From NCBI GenBank assembly GCA_037138355.1, contig JBAXIL010000009.1, forward strand, positions 1 to 48,260: a stretch of DNA of 48,260 bases, given 5' to 3'. The position numbers and the translations under genes were made by a program. Shown here piece after piece: positions 38,275 to 47,619 of this stretch. The notes under the pieces are model-generated. The model was not told where the DNA came from and did not search any database. It saw only the letters and a list, made by a program, of their open reading frames with translations. This DNA is from a bacterium (GTDB lineage Bacteria; Oederibacteriota; PGYV01; Palsa-1178). Numbering within the stretch: position 1 is the stretch's first letter; the number at the start of each line of letters is the position of its first letter.

Positions 38275-39456
38275 ATGTCAGCCATTAAAATAACAGATAA
38301 GGTGTATTATGTCGGGGTAAAACACCCACAGAGAAGAATTTTTGATGAGTTAATATCACTTCCAGAAGGAACTACCTACAATTCGTATTTAATTAAAGGT
38401 AGTACAAAAACAGTTTTAATTGATACCGTAGATCCTATGATGAAAGATTTCTTTTTTGATAATTTAAAAATGGCAGAAGCAGGTAAAATAGATTATATAA
38501 TATCTGATCATGCAGAGCAGGATCACTCTGGATGCATTCCGTTTGTACTTCAAGCAAATCCAAATGCTAAAGTAATTACAAATGAAAAATGCGCATCAAT
38601 GCTAAAAGATTTTTCCGTAGTTACAGACGATAAGTTGATAATTATAAAAGATGGTGAAACGCTTTCTTTGGGTGATAAGACACTTGAGTTTATATTGACT
38701 CCTTGGGTGCATTGGCCAGAGACTATGTCAGTATACCTTCGTGAGGACGAAATTCTTTTTTCTTGCGACTTATTTGGTTCTCATGTTTCTCCATCTGACA
38801 TACTTGAAGGGGAACACTTTTATATTCCTGCAAAAAGGTATTTTGCGGAGATTATGTGTCCGTTTCGTAATAATGTAAGAAATAATATGCAAAAACTTGA
38901 AAAATACAAAATAAAAACGATATGTCCATCTCATGGTGTTGTTTATACCAAGCCAGAAGGAATAATCAATGCCTACAAGCAATGGGCAACAGATGAAGTA
39001 AAAAATGAAGTAATACTTGCTTATGTTTCTATGCATGATAGTACAAAAAAAATGGCTGAGTATTTAAGAGATGCCCTCGAAGAAAAGGGTATTACTGTTA
39101 ATTATTTTGATATACCAGTATCTGACATAGGTGAGATTGCTATGATGATGGTGGATTCGGCTACTATGATTATTGGTGGTTCCACAGTGTTAGCAGGTCT
39201 TCATCCAGCAGCTCAAAACTTACTATATATAGCCAATGCCTTAAGACCAAAGACAAAGTTTGTTTCCTATATTACATCTTATGGTTGGGGAGAAAAAGCA
39301 GGCGAAGTAATCAAGGCAAATTTAGGTAACTTTAAAGCAGAAGTGCTTATGCCTGTTATATCAAAAGGACTTCCAAAAGAAGCAGAGTTTAAGGAATTAA
39401 ATAGATTGGCTAATGATATTGCTGCAAAGCACAGAGAAATAGGCGTGCTTAAATAA
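38275..39456 (+). CDS. fprA: flavodiiron protein (class A)
   Basis: GTTYNSY, HAEQDHSG, HWPET, SCDLFG, PSHG, flavodoxin domain (SYGW). Confidence 0.93.
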   Translation: MSAIKITDKVYYVGVKHPQRRIFDELISLPEGTTYNSYLIKGSTKTVLIDTVDPMMKDFFFDNLKMAEAGKIDYIISDHAEQDHSGCIPFVLQANPNAKVITNEKCASMLKDFSVVTDDKLIIIKDGETLSLGDKTLEFILTPWVHWPETMSVYLREDEILFSCDLFGSHVSPSDILEGEHFYIPAKRYFAEIMCPFRNNVRNNMQKLEKYKIKTICPSHGVVYTKPEGIINAYKQWATDEVKNEVILAYVSMHDSTKKMAEYLRDALEEKGITVNYFDIPVSDIGEIAMMMVDSATMIIGGSTVLAGLHPAAQNLLYIANALRPKTKFVSYITSYGWGEKAGEVIKANLGNFKAEVLMPVISKGLPKEAEFKELNRLANDIAAKHREIGVLK

Positions 39457-39504
39457 TAGAAAAGAAAATTGTTATTAAAATATATTAACTAAGGAGGCTT
39501 TAGA

Positions 39505-39885
39505 ATGGCAAAGAAACTTGGAGTGTACAGATGTGCAAAATGTGGAAATGTAGTAGAAGTAATGGTAGCAGGTGGCGGAGAATTGGTATGTTGTGGAGAG
39601 CCAATGAAATTCTTAGATGAAAGCAATAAAGAAGGAGCAGGCGAAAAACATTTACCAGTAATTGAAGTACAGGGAAATGGAATATTAATAAAGGTAGGTT
39701 CAGTTCCACATCCTATGGATGCAGATCATTGGATACAGTTCATAGAGGTAATCAGAAAAGACGGTAAAGTGGGAAGAAAAGATTTAAATCCTGGAGATAA
39801 GCCAGAAGCATTTTTCAGCATTAAAATGGATGAAATTTTGCAGGTAAGACAGTTGTGCAATAAACACGGTCTATGGTCGAAATAA
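39505..39885 (+). CDS. dfx: desulfoferrodoxin (2Fe superoxide reductase)
   Basis: C10xxC13...C29C30; E47-K-H49, H69, H75, C118-N-K-H121. Confidence 0.95.
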   Translation: MAKKLGVYRCAKCGNVVEVMVAGGGELVCCGEPMKFLDESNKEGAGEKHLPVIEVQGNGILIKVGSVPHPMDADHWIQFIEVIRKDGKVGRKDLNPGDKPEAFFSIKMDEILQVRQLCNKHGLWSK

Positions 39886-39909
39886 AATAATAATTTAGGA
39901 GGAACGGAA

Positions 39910-40485
39910 ATGGCATCAATTAAAGGTACGCAAACAGAAAAAAACCTGCTTGCTTCATTTGCAGGAGAATCGCAGGCCAGAAACAGATACACATATTTTG
40001 CTTCAGAAGCTAAAAAAGAAGGATACGAGCAGATAGCCGCTATATTTACGGAAACTGCTGAAAACGAAAAAGAACATGCTAAAAAATTCTTTATGTTTTT
40101 AGAAGGTGGAGTAGTGGAAATAATTGCTAAATATCCTGCTGGTTCCATAAAAACAACTTTAGAGAATTTGAAAGCATCTGCTGCTGGAGAAAAAGAAGAA
40201 CATACAAAAATTTATCCAGGTGCAGCTGACACAGCAGAAAAAGAAGGATTCAAGGAAATAGCAGCAGCGTTTAGAAATATAGCCAAAGTAGAAGCAGAAC
40301 ATGAAAAAAGATATGCGAAGCTTGTATCAAATATTGAAAATAATCAGGTATTTGCTAAAACAATAAAAGTAAAATGGGTTTGTAGGAATTGTGGTTTTGT
40401 TCACGAAGGTCCGGAAGCTCCTGAAAAATGTCCTACTTGTTTACATCCTAAGGCATTTTTTGAAATAAAACCAGAGAATTACTAA
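39910..40485 (+). CDS. rbr: rubrerythrin
   Basis: FAGESQARNRY, ENEKEHA, EAEHE, CRNCG...CPTC. Confidence 0.96.
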   Translation: MASIKGTQTEKNLLASFAGESQARNRYTYFASEAKKEGYEQIAAIFTETAENEKEHAKKFFMFLEGGVVEIIAKYPAGSIKTTLENLKASAAGEKEEHTKIYPGAADTAEKEGFKEIAAAFRNIAKVEAEHEKRYAKLVSNIENNQVFAKTIKVKWVCRNCGFVHEGPEAPEKCPTCLHPKAFFEIKPENY

Positions 40486-40496
40486 TTTTTGATAAC

Positions 40497-40539
40497 TGCG
40501 AGGCGGCTTACTTCAAAGGTAAGCCGTCTTGTAGGTTTT
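40497..40539 (+). terminator. stem-loop/terminator after rbr
   Basis: 15-bp stem TGCGAGGCGGCTTAC / GTAAGCCGTCTTGTA with three G-U pairs, then GGTTTT. Confidence 0.7.
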
Positions 40540-40566
40540 ATAACTATTAAATCAAGAAAGGTAACT

Positions 40567-42297
40567 ATGGGAAAAAATATAGCACCGAAAAGCGCAACTA
40601 AAAAAGATAGTAATATACTTTCTGAACTTATAATAGTTTTAGCTGGTGAGGCAGGTCAGGGAATTCAATCTATAGAATCAATTTTAACCGGTGTTATCAA
40701 AAATGATGGGTTTAATATTTTTGCTACAAAAGAATATATGTCCAGAGTCAGAGGTGGAGTTAATTCAACAGAAATAAGAGTTTCTTCTTCCCCAGTTCGT
40801 TCACATACGGAAAGAATAGATTTACTTATTCCTTTAAATGATGATGCCATACCACATTTAAAAAATAGAATAAGTTCTAAAACTGTAGTGATAGGGGACA
40901 ATACGCAAGTTCATTATGATAAATTAGTAAACATTCCTTTCCAACGCATGGCGACTGAACTTGGCGATGCAATTTATTCAAATATAATAGCGGTTGGAGT
41001 TATTTGCGGAATTTTGAAAGTTTTGGAAGAAAAGCTTTATATCGAAATAAAAACAAAATTTATAAATAAGGGCGAAGAGGTAGTAGCAAAAAACATTGAA
41101 GCTGCGAAAAGTGGTTATGCAATTGGTAGGGAACTTAATAAAAATAAGATAGTGAATTGTGTTATTGCTAAAAACTCTTCAATAAAAGATGACATATTAA
41201 TTAATGGCTCTGAAGCAGTTGCTTTGGGGGCAATAGCAGGTGGATGTGACAGCGTTTTTGCATATCCTATGACTCCTGGAACTGGTGTATTTACAGCATT
41301 GGCTGGATATTCAAATAAAATGGGGCTGGTTGTGGAACAAGTAGAAGATGAAATAGGAGTTATGAATATGGCACTTGGAGCGTGGTACGCAGGAGCTCGG
41401 GCAATAGTTTCTACTTCTGGCGGAGGGTTTGCTCTTATGACTGAAGCCATATCACTTGCAGGAGCAATAGAGTCACCTGCAGTGGTACACTTAGCACAAA
41501 GACCAGGGCCTGCCACTGGTTTGCCTACCAGAACAGAACAGGGAGACTTGAATTTAGTTTTATACGCTGGACATGGTTTCTTTCCTCGAATAATTCTCTC
41601 TCCTGGGGATGTAAAGGAAGCTTTTTTTCTTACACAACAAGCATTTAATATGGCAGATAAGTATCAGGTCCCAGTATTTATTTTAACTGATCAATACTTT
41701 ACGGACTCTTACTATAATATACAGCAGTTTAAAATAGAGAGTTTGACAGTAGAAAAAAATATTGTTGAAACAAATGATTCATATAAAAGATATTTACTGA
41801 CAAAGAACGGTATATCTCCAAGAGGAATACCTGGTTTTGGCACAGGGACTGTGTGCGTGGATTCTGATGAACACACTGAAGAAGGTAGAATAACGGAAGA
41901 TTTAGACGGAGTCCGTTTAAAAATGGCTGATAAAAGAATGAAGAAGTTAAATTTGATTAAAAAAGTAGCCATGAAACCGGTTTTAATTGGAAATAAAAAA
42001 TACAAAACTTTAATAATTAGTTGGGGTTCTAATTGCAATACTATTATAGAAGCTATGAAAATAATAAATAATAGAGACATATCTTTTTTGCACTTTCCAC
42101 AGGTTTATCCTTTACCAAAAGTGACTGGGGCATATCTAAAGAAAGCAAAAAAACTTATTCTTATAGAAAATAACCAGACAGGACAATTTGGAGATTTAAT
42201 ACAAATGGAAACAGGTATAGCCATAACAAATAGAGTATTAAAATATAATGGTATGCCGTTTTCTGTCGAAGAGCTAAAGAAAGTATTAGAAAAGTAA
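40567..42297 (+). CDS. 2-oxoacid:ferredoxin oxidoreductase alpha subunit (gamma-alpha fusion)
   Basis: GEAGQGI, EYMSRVRGG, AYPMTP, QVEDEI, TSGGGF, QRPGPATGLPTRTEQGD; ATG 40567 after AAAGG. Confidence 0.92.
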   Translation: MGKNIAPKSATKKDSNILSELIIVLAGEAGQGIQSIESILTGVIKNDGFNIFATKEYMSRVRGGVNSTEIRVSSSPVRSHTERIDLLIPLNDDAIPHLKNRISSKTVVIGDNTQVHYDKLVNIPFQRMATELGDAIYSNIIAVGVICGILKVLEEKLYIEIKTKFINKGEEVVAKNIEAAKSGYAIGRELNKNKIVNCVIAKNSSIKDDILINGSEAVALGAIAGGCDSVFAYPMTPGTGVFTALAGYSNKMGLVVEQVEDEIGVMNMALGAWYAGARAIVSTSGGGFALMTEAISLAGAIESPAVVHLAQRPGPATGLPTRTEQGDLNLVLYAGHGFFPRIILSPGDVKEAFFLTQQAFNMADKYQVPVFILTDQYFTDSYYNIQQFKIESLTVEKNIVETNDSYKRYLLTKNGISPRGIPGFGTGTVCVDSDEHTEEGRITEDLDGVRLKMADKRMKKLNLIKKVAMKPVLIGNKKYKTLIISWGSNCNTIIEAMKIINNRDISFLHFPQVYPLPKVTGAYLKKAKKLILIENNQTGQFGDLIQMETGIAITNRVLKYNGMPFSVEELKKVLEK

Positions 42298-42333
42298 ATA
42301 TTATATAAAGTAGAAAAGAAGGAAGGGTATATT

Positions 42334-43188
42334 ATGGAAAATATATTTGATCGCAAAGGCGAGACAGCGTGGTGCCAGGGTTGTGGGAACTTTGGTATTC
42401 GTAATATAGTATTAAAAGCATTAGCCGAACTTGGTCTAAAAAGAAATGAAGTGGTTTATGTGTCAGGCATAGGACAGGCAGCAAAAGCACCACAGTATTA
42501 TGATGTAAGCTATTTCAATGGTTTGCACGGTAGATCATTACCGCCAGCGGCTGGAATTAAAGCTGCGAACCCAAGCTTGAATGTTATTATAGAAAGTGGA
42601 GATGGTGATATGTATGGTGAAGGCGGAAACCACTTTATTCATGCTATACGCAGGAACCCAAATATAACCGTTATAGTTCATAATAATATGGTTTATGGAT
42701 TAACAAAAGGTCAGGCATCACCGACCTCAAGAATTGGATTTCAAACACCAATACAGATAAATGGAGTATCTGAAACCCCAATAAACCCATTGGCTTTGGC
42801 AATAGCTCTTGATGCATCATTTGTGGCGCGCGGCTCAGCCGGGGAACCAGAAAAAACAAAAGATATAATTAAGAGAGCTATAAGCCACAAAGGATTTGCA
42901 CTTGTGGATGTATTTCAGGCCTGCGTTTCATTTAATAAAATAAATACTCATAAATGGTTTAAGGAACATACTTATTTTCTCGAAGATAGCTATGATTATA
43001 AAGATAAAAATATGGCATTTAAGCGTGCTCTTGAAGAAGACCCTATGCCACTTGGTATATTTTACATAAATGAAAATAAAACGGTGTTTGAAGATAATTT
43101 GGCAGCATACAAAGGTAGTAAAGAACCATTATATAAAAGAAATACTGATATGGGAAAACTGAAAGAATTGCTGGAAGCAAAAAAATAA
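42334..43188 (+). CDS. 2-oxoacid:ferredoxin oxidoreductase beta subunit
   Basis: [36 protein letters not shown]. Confidence 0.93.
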   Translation: MENIFDRKGETAWCQGCGNFGIRNIVLKALAELGLKRNEVVYVSGIGQAAKAPQYYDVSYFNGLHGRSLPPAAGIKAANPSLNVIIESGDGDMYGEGGNHFIHAIRRNPNITVIVHNNMVYGLTKGQASPTSRIGFQTPIQINGVSETPINPLALAIALDASFVARGSAGEPEKTKDIIKRAISHKGFALVDVFQACVSFNKINTHKWFKEHTYFLEDSYDYKDKNMAFKRALEEDPMPLGIFYINENKTVFEDNLAAYKGSKEPLYKRNTDMGKLKELLEAKK

Positions 43189-43213
43189 GATACTAATTAA
43201 AAGGAGGAATAAA

Positions 43214-43675
43214 ATGGCGAGAATTAAAGTAGGAGACAAGTTTGCTAACTTTGTACTAAAAAATCAAAATGATTTGGAAGTGAGTACGGAAGGGTTTGAA
43301 GACAAAAAAATACTATTGTCCTTTCACCCTTTGGCATGGACCTCTGTGTGTGCCAAACAAATGCAGTCGCTTGAGGACTATTACGAGGTATTTGGAGAAT
43401 TAAACACAGTTCCTTTGGGAATATCAGTTGATACTTCACCTTCTAAAAAAGCTTGGGCAGAAAGTCTTGGTATAGTGGAGCTTGATATGCTCGCTGATTT
43501 TTGGCCGCATGGTGCCATAGCTTCAAAATTGGGTATATTCTTGGATAAATTCGGATTTTCAGAAAGAGTTAATATAATTCTTGATGAGCAAAGAAAAGTG
43601 ATATTTGCTAAAGTATATCCAATAAAAGAATTACCAGATGTGAAAGAATTAATTGCGTTTTTAAAAAAAGGGTAA
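43214..43675 (+). CDS. peroxiredoxin, AhpE-like (1-Cys)
   Basis: SFHPLAWTSVC, GISVD, ADFWPHG. Confidence 0.85.
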   Translation: MARIKVGDKFANFVLKNQNDLEVSTEGFEDKKILLSFHPLAWTSVCAKQMQSLEDYYEVFGELNTVPLGISVDTSPSKKAWAESLGIVELDMLADFWPHGAIASKLGIFLDKFGFSERVNIILDEQRKVIFAKVYPIKELPDVKELIAFLKKG

Positions 43676-43702
43676 TAAAAATTTGAATAGAGGAGAAATA
43701 AA

Positions 43703-44098
43703 ATGAAAAAGATAGCGGTATTGTTTGTGTTCTTGTTTTTGATTTCGGCTTCGATTATTGCACATCCACCAAGTGATATTATTATAACTTTTGATTTGAA
43801 AAACAGGACGGTTACTGCCAATATAATGCATGATGTAAAAGATATTCTGACTCATTATATAGCACAGGTAGTCATTATGGTAAATGGCAAGAAAGAAATA
43901 ACACAGCTTGCTTCAACACAGACAAGTAATGATTCTCAAACTGTTGTTTATGTGATACCTGGCTTAAAAGTTGGAGATGTGGTTTCTGTTGATGCTGACT
44001 GCAGTAAATACGGGGATTTAACAAAAGAAGCAAAGGTACAGGAGGTAAAAACAAATAAACAAATATCAGTAAAGAAAATAAAACCGATTGTGAAATAA
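43703..44098 (+). CDS. exported protein with predicted N-terminal His; superoxide-reductase-like ligand pattern
   Basis: Signal peptide 1-20 then HPP; H21/H43/H51/C100-x-x-Y103-G colinear with Dfx ligands. Confidence 0.6.
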   Translation: MKKIAVLFVFLFLISASIIAHPPSDIIITFDLKNRTVTANIMHDVKDILTHYIAQVVIMVNGKKEITQLASTQTSNDSQTVVYVIPGLKVGDVVSVDADCSKYGDLTKEAKVQEVKTNKQISVKKIKPIVK

Positions 44099-44142
44099 TT
44101 CAAAAAAAAGAAAGATAGTCATATAAAACAGGAGGTAATAAA

Positions 44143-44694
44143 ATGAAAAGAATTTTTCTCATGGTATTAGCAGCATTAGTAATTGTTCTTGCAAGTATTT
44201 CTTGTACTACAGCTTCAAGTCCAGGTGGGGCAGTTGTGAATCCAACCCCGGATCCAAGTGGGTATTATGGAGTAACAGCTGCGGGCATGACATTTAAATG
44301 GAAAATAGTCGGAACTGATCTTGTCTGTGAATTGAGCGGACCTACGACTGGTTGGGTAGCAGTAGCATTTAATACGACTGGAAATATGGATGGATCGGAT
44401 TATGTAATCGGTTATGTTACAGGTGGTTCTAATGCTTTTATTAGAGATGATCATGGTTCAGGGCATTCACATTCGGCTGATACAACACAAAACCTTACAG
44501 CGAAGTCTGGTTCTGAGTCTGGCGGTACTACGACATTGTATTTTACAAAACCACTTAATTCGGGAGATAGTCAGGATATGACTCTTACCCAAAACATGAC
44601 GCTCTATATTATACTGGCATACGGCAGTAATGGTGCTGATGATTATACTTCTATGCATTCGAATTATGGGTCTGTTCATACTACATTGTATTAA
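44143..44694 (+). CDS. DOMON-domain lipoprotein (predicted heme b binding)
   Basis: Lipobox SISC21; GWVAVAF...M82DGSDYVIG; C-terminal H172. Confidence 0.85.
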   Translation: MKRIFLMVLAALVIVLASISCTTASSPGGAVVNPTPDPSGYYGVTAAGMTFKWKIVGTDLVCELSGPTTGWVAVAFNTTGNMDGSDYVIGYVTGGSNAFIRDDHGSGHSHSADTTQNLTAKSGSESGGTTTLYFTKPLNSGDSQDMTLTQNMTLYIILAYGSNGADDYTSMHSNYGSVHTTLY

Positions 44695-44717
44695 TTAAAA
44701 AATAGGGGAGGAGTAAA

Positions 44718-45497
44718 ATGAAAAAAATATTTATTACAATTATTTTGGCAATGGCATCAGTTACTTTATTTGCAGTTCAGTATGAAATGCCTATGCTTGA
44801 TTTGACAGTGCCATCGGGTTTGACAAACAATCAAATGTATTTTAATTTTGGGCATAAAATGATGCAGGCATTAAATAAATATCCTACAGATAATGTATTT
44901 GCTCTTTTGAAAAATGGCGCGAGTCTTAATTTAAATCTGCGGTATATGGTAGGAGCAGGTTTTGAATTTAAAGCAGGTTATGACACTATAGCCGATGAAA
45001 AAAACATCGCAGTAAGCTGGGTTCAAAAAATTCCTTCAATATATTTGAACGCTCAGGTAGATTTACAGTTTTTTGGTTACACTGATGCTGAAAGAACGCA
45101 GACAGCAATAAACTTTTTTTACTTGCTTTCTTTGCAAACAGTTCCTTTTCTTGATGAAAGAGTGACTGTGGCAGTAGATTTAGGTTATGATGGTTATCTT
45201 CAAAAACAAGCAATGGGACTCGGTGTAAGTATTTTGACATTAAAGGATATAACATTGGTTGGTGAATATTATCCAGTCTTTGAAGCAGAAGCAGATGAAG
45301 ACATAACTGCTACGGAAAAAGTAGCTTGTTATAGTTTTGGTATAAGATATGCCACTTATGGACATCAGTTTATGTTGAAATTTGGTAATTCAACTCAAAT
45401 GGAAACAAGACAATTAATGCAAGGTACTACAGCAAATAATCTCTATTTTGGCATAAGTATAATGAGGTTTATTGATTTTAATAATCCTGAAGAGTAA
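44718..45497 (+). CDS. outer-membrane beta-barrel protein (DUF5777-like)
   Basis: Signal peptide; FNFGH, GEYYP, TYGHQFMLKFGNS, LYFGISIMR motifs. Confidence 0.7.
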   Translation: MKKIFITIILAMASVTLFAVQYEMPMLDLTVPSGLTNNQMYFNFGHKMMQALNKYPTDNVFALLKNGASLNLNLRYMVGAGFEFKAGYDTIADEKNIAVSWVQKIPSIYLNAQVDLQFFGYTDAERTQTAINFFYLLSLQTVPFLDERVTVAVDLGYDGYLQKQAMGLGVSILTLKDITLVGEYYPVFEAEADEDITATEKVACYSFGIRYATYGHQFMLKFGNSTQMETRQLMQGTTANNLYFGISIMRFIDFNNPEE

Positions 45498-45502
45498 ATA
45501 AG

Positions 45503-45558
45503 AAAAGGCGTATTTAATTATTATGATATTTGGTATATAATAGTTAATACGCCTTTTT
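45503..45558. terminator. long hairpin (possible bidirectional terminator) upstream of tkt
   Basis: AAAAGGCGTATT(45503)...AATACGCCTTTT(45557) with AT-rich inner stem. Confidence 0.6.
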
Positions 45559-45579
45559 ATTTTCGGTGTAAGGAGTGCT

Positions 45580-47586
45580 ATGGCAAAGAAAAAGTCAAAT
45601 ATAGATCAACTCTCGATTGATACACTTCGTTTATTGTCAGTTGATATGGTGGAAAAAGCAAAATCTGGTCATCCCGGCATGCCTCTTGGGGCAGCTCCTT
45701 TTGTATATACTTTATGGAATAAGTTTTTGCGTCACAATCCTAAAAATCCGAAATGGTATAACCGTGATAGGTTTATCTTATCTGCAGGTCATGGTTGTGC
45801 TTTATTATATTCTTTAATGCATTTGTCTGGTTCAGGTCTTTCTATGGAAGATTTAAAAGCATTTAGGCAGTGGGGTTCAAAAACTCCAGGACATCCTGAA
45901 TACGGTGTAACTGCTGGAATAGAAGCGACAACTGGTCCCTTAGGGCAGGGTTTTGCAATGGGAGTGGGTATGGCTATAGCTGAACGCGCCATGGCAAACT
46001 GTTTTAATAAACCAGGATACAATATCATAGACCACTACACTTACGCCGTTGTCTCAGATGGCGACCTTATGGAAGGAATTGCCTCAGAGGCCGCTTCACT
46101 TGCAGGCACAATGAAGCTTGGCAAATTAATATATCTTTATGATGATAATGATATTTCCATAGAAGGTAAATCTTCTTTGGCTTTTACAGAAAATGTAAAA
46201 GAAAGGTTTGATTCATACGGATGGAATACGCAGGTTATTAAAGATGGAAATAATATAGAAGCAGTTGAGAAGGCAATAAAAAAAGCAAGAGAACATAGAC
46301 ACAGGCCTTCGCTAATAATAATAAGAACTCATATAGGATACGGCTCGCCAAAACAGGGAGACCCATCTGTACACGGAGAACCATTAGGTTGGGATTCAAC
46401 AAGAAAAACCAAAGAGTTTTTTGGTTTTGATCCTGATAAAAACTTTTTTGTGCCACAGGAAGTAAATAATAGTTTTGAAAAAATGAAAAAAAAGTGGGCG
46501 CTTGAAGAAGGCGCATGGAATAAACTTTTTGAAACATATAAAAATGCTTACCCAAAAGAAGCAAAACTTCTTGAAAGATATATTATTGGGCATATTAATA
46601 GAAACTTAAAAGACAATCTCCTTCCTTTTAAAACTGAAGATGGACCTATGGCTACACGAATTGCATCAGGTAAAGTAATGAATCAGATAGAATTATATAT
46701 GACGGAGTTTATCGGTGGGTCTGCTGATTTGGCTCCATCTACAAAAACTATGTTAAATGGCCATGGAAGCTTTGGAATTGCAGGTATGTGCGAGCGTAAT
46801 CTTCACTTTGGAGTTCGCGAGCATGCTATGGGCGCTATAGTAAATGGTATGGCATTACATAAAGGTCTAATTCCTTATTCAGCCACATTCTTGTCCTTTT
46901 CTGATTATATGAGGGCATCTATTAGACTTGCGGCAATTATGCAAACGCATTCAATTTTCATTTTTACACATGACTCTATTGGTTTAGGTGAGGATGGTCC
47001 GACACATCAACCAGTAGAGCAGATTTCATCATTGAGATTAATTCCTGATTTGACAGTGATTAGACCAGCAGATGCTAATGAAACTGTGGGTGCTTGGTAC
47101 TATGCAATTATTACCAAAAAACCAATTGTGTTAGTGTTTACCAGACAGGATCTTCCTATTATCGATGAAAAAAAATATAATGTGATAGAAAATACGCAAA
47201 AGGGTGGTTACATACTTAATGACTGTGTAGGTAAACCAGAAATATTATTAATTGCTACTGGTTCAGAAGTGCAGCTTGCTATGGGCGCGTTTGAGAAATT
47301 AACTGCAAAAGGAATAAAAGCAAGGGTAGTGTCTATACCTTCATACGAAATTTTTATGGCTCAGCCAGTTCAGTATAGAGATTCTGTAATACCTCCTAAT
47401 GTAAAAAAACGCTTAATAATAGAAGCAGGAGTAACTGCTTTTTGGCGGGGTTTAGCTGGCGACTTAGGAGAAGTAATTGGGGTTGATACTTTTGGGGCAT
47501 CTGCACCTGGGAAAGTAGTAATGGAGAAGTACGGCTTTACTGTGGAAAATGTAATGACAAAGGCCATGGAAGTACTGGACAGATAA
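45580..47586 (+). CDS. tkt: transketolase
   Basis: SGHPGMPLG, RDRFILSAGH, TTGPLGQG, DGDLMEG, GVREHAM, THDSIGLGEDGPTHQP. Confidence 0.98.
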   Translation: MAKKKSNIDQLSIDTLRLLSVDMVEKAKSGHPGMPLGAAPFVYTLWNKFLRHNPKNPKWYNRDRFILSAGHGCALLYSLMHLSGSGLSMEDLKAFRQWGSKTPGHPEYGVTAGIEATTGPLGQGFAMGVGMAIAERAMANCFNKPGYNIIDHYTYAVVSDGDLMEGIASEAASLAGTMKLGKLIYLYDDNDISIEGKSSLAFTENVKERFDSYGWNTQVIKDGNNIEAVEKAIKKAREHRHRPSLIIIRTHIGYGSPKQGDPSVHGEPLGWDSTRKTKEFFGFDPDKNFFVPQEVNNSFEKMKKKWALEEGAWNKLFETYKNAYPKEAKLLERYIIGHINRNLKDNLLPFKTEDGPMATRIASGKVMNQIELYMTEFIGGSADLAPSTKTMLNGHGSFGIAGMCERNLHFGVREHAMGAIVNGMALHKGLIPYSATFLSFSDYMRASIRLAAIMQTHSIFIFTHDSIGLGEDGPTHQPVEQISSLRLIPDLTVIRPADANETVGAWYYAIITKKPIVLVFTRQDLPIIDEKKYNVIENTQKGGYILNDCVGKPEILLIATGSEVQLAMGAFEKLTAKGIKARVVSIPSYEIFMAQPVQYRDSVIPPNVKKRLIIEAGVTAFWRGLAGDLGEVIGVDTFGASAPGKVVMEKYGFTVENVMTKAMEVLDR

Positions 47587-47619
47587 GTAGTTTGGTTTTT
47601 AAAAACAAAAAAAATAATT

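Noticed and set aside
40489..40566. N-terminal extension of OFOR alpha (also track starts 7546, 12247, 13291, 25478)
   Set aside because: Extensions run through a terminator, leader or upstream gene; downstream ATGs have SD sequences or stop-start coupling
42370..42390. WCQGCG instead of WCPGCG in OFOR beta
   Set aside because: Single substitution with both Cys retained; no functional inference supportable
41..47567. All minus-strand ORFs and short alternative-frame plus ORFs in the track
   Set aside because: They overlap well-supported + genes and show no recognisable motifs; treated as shadow ORFs
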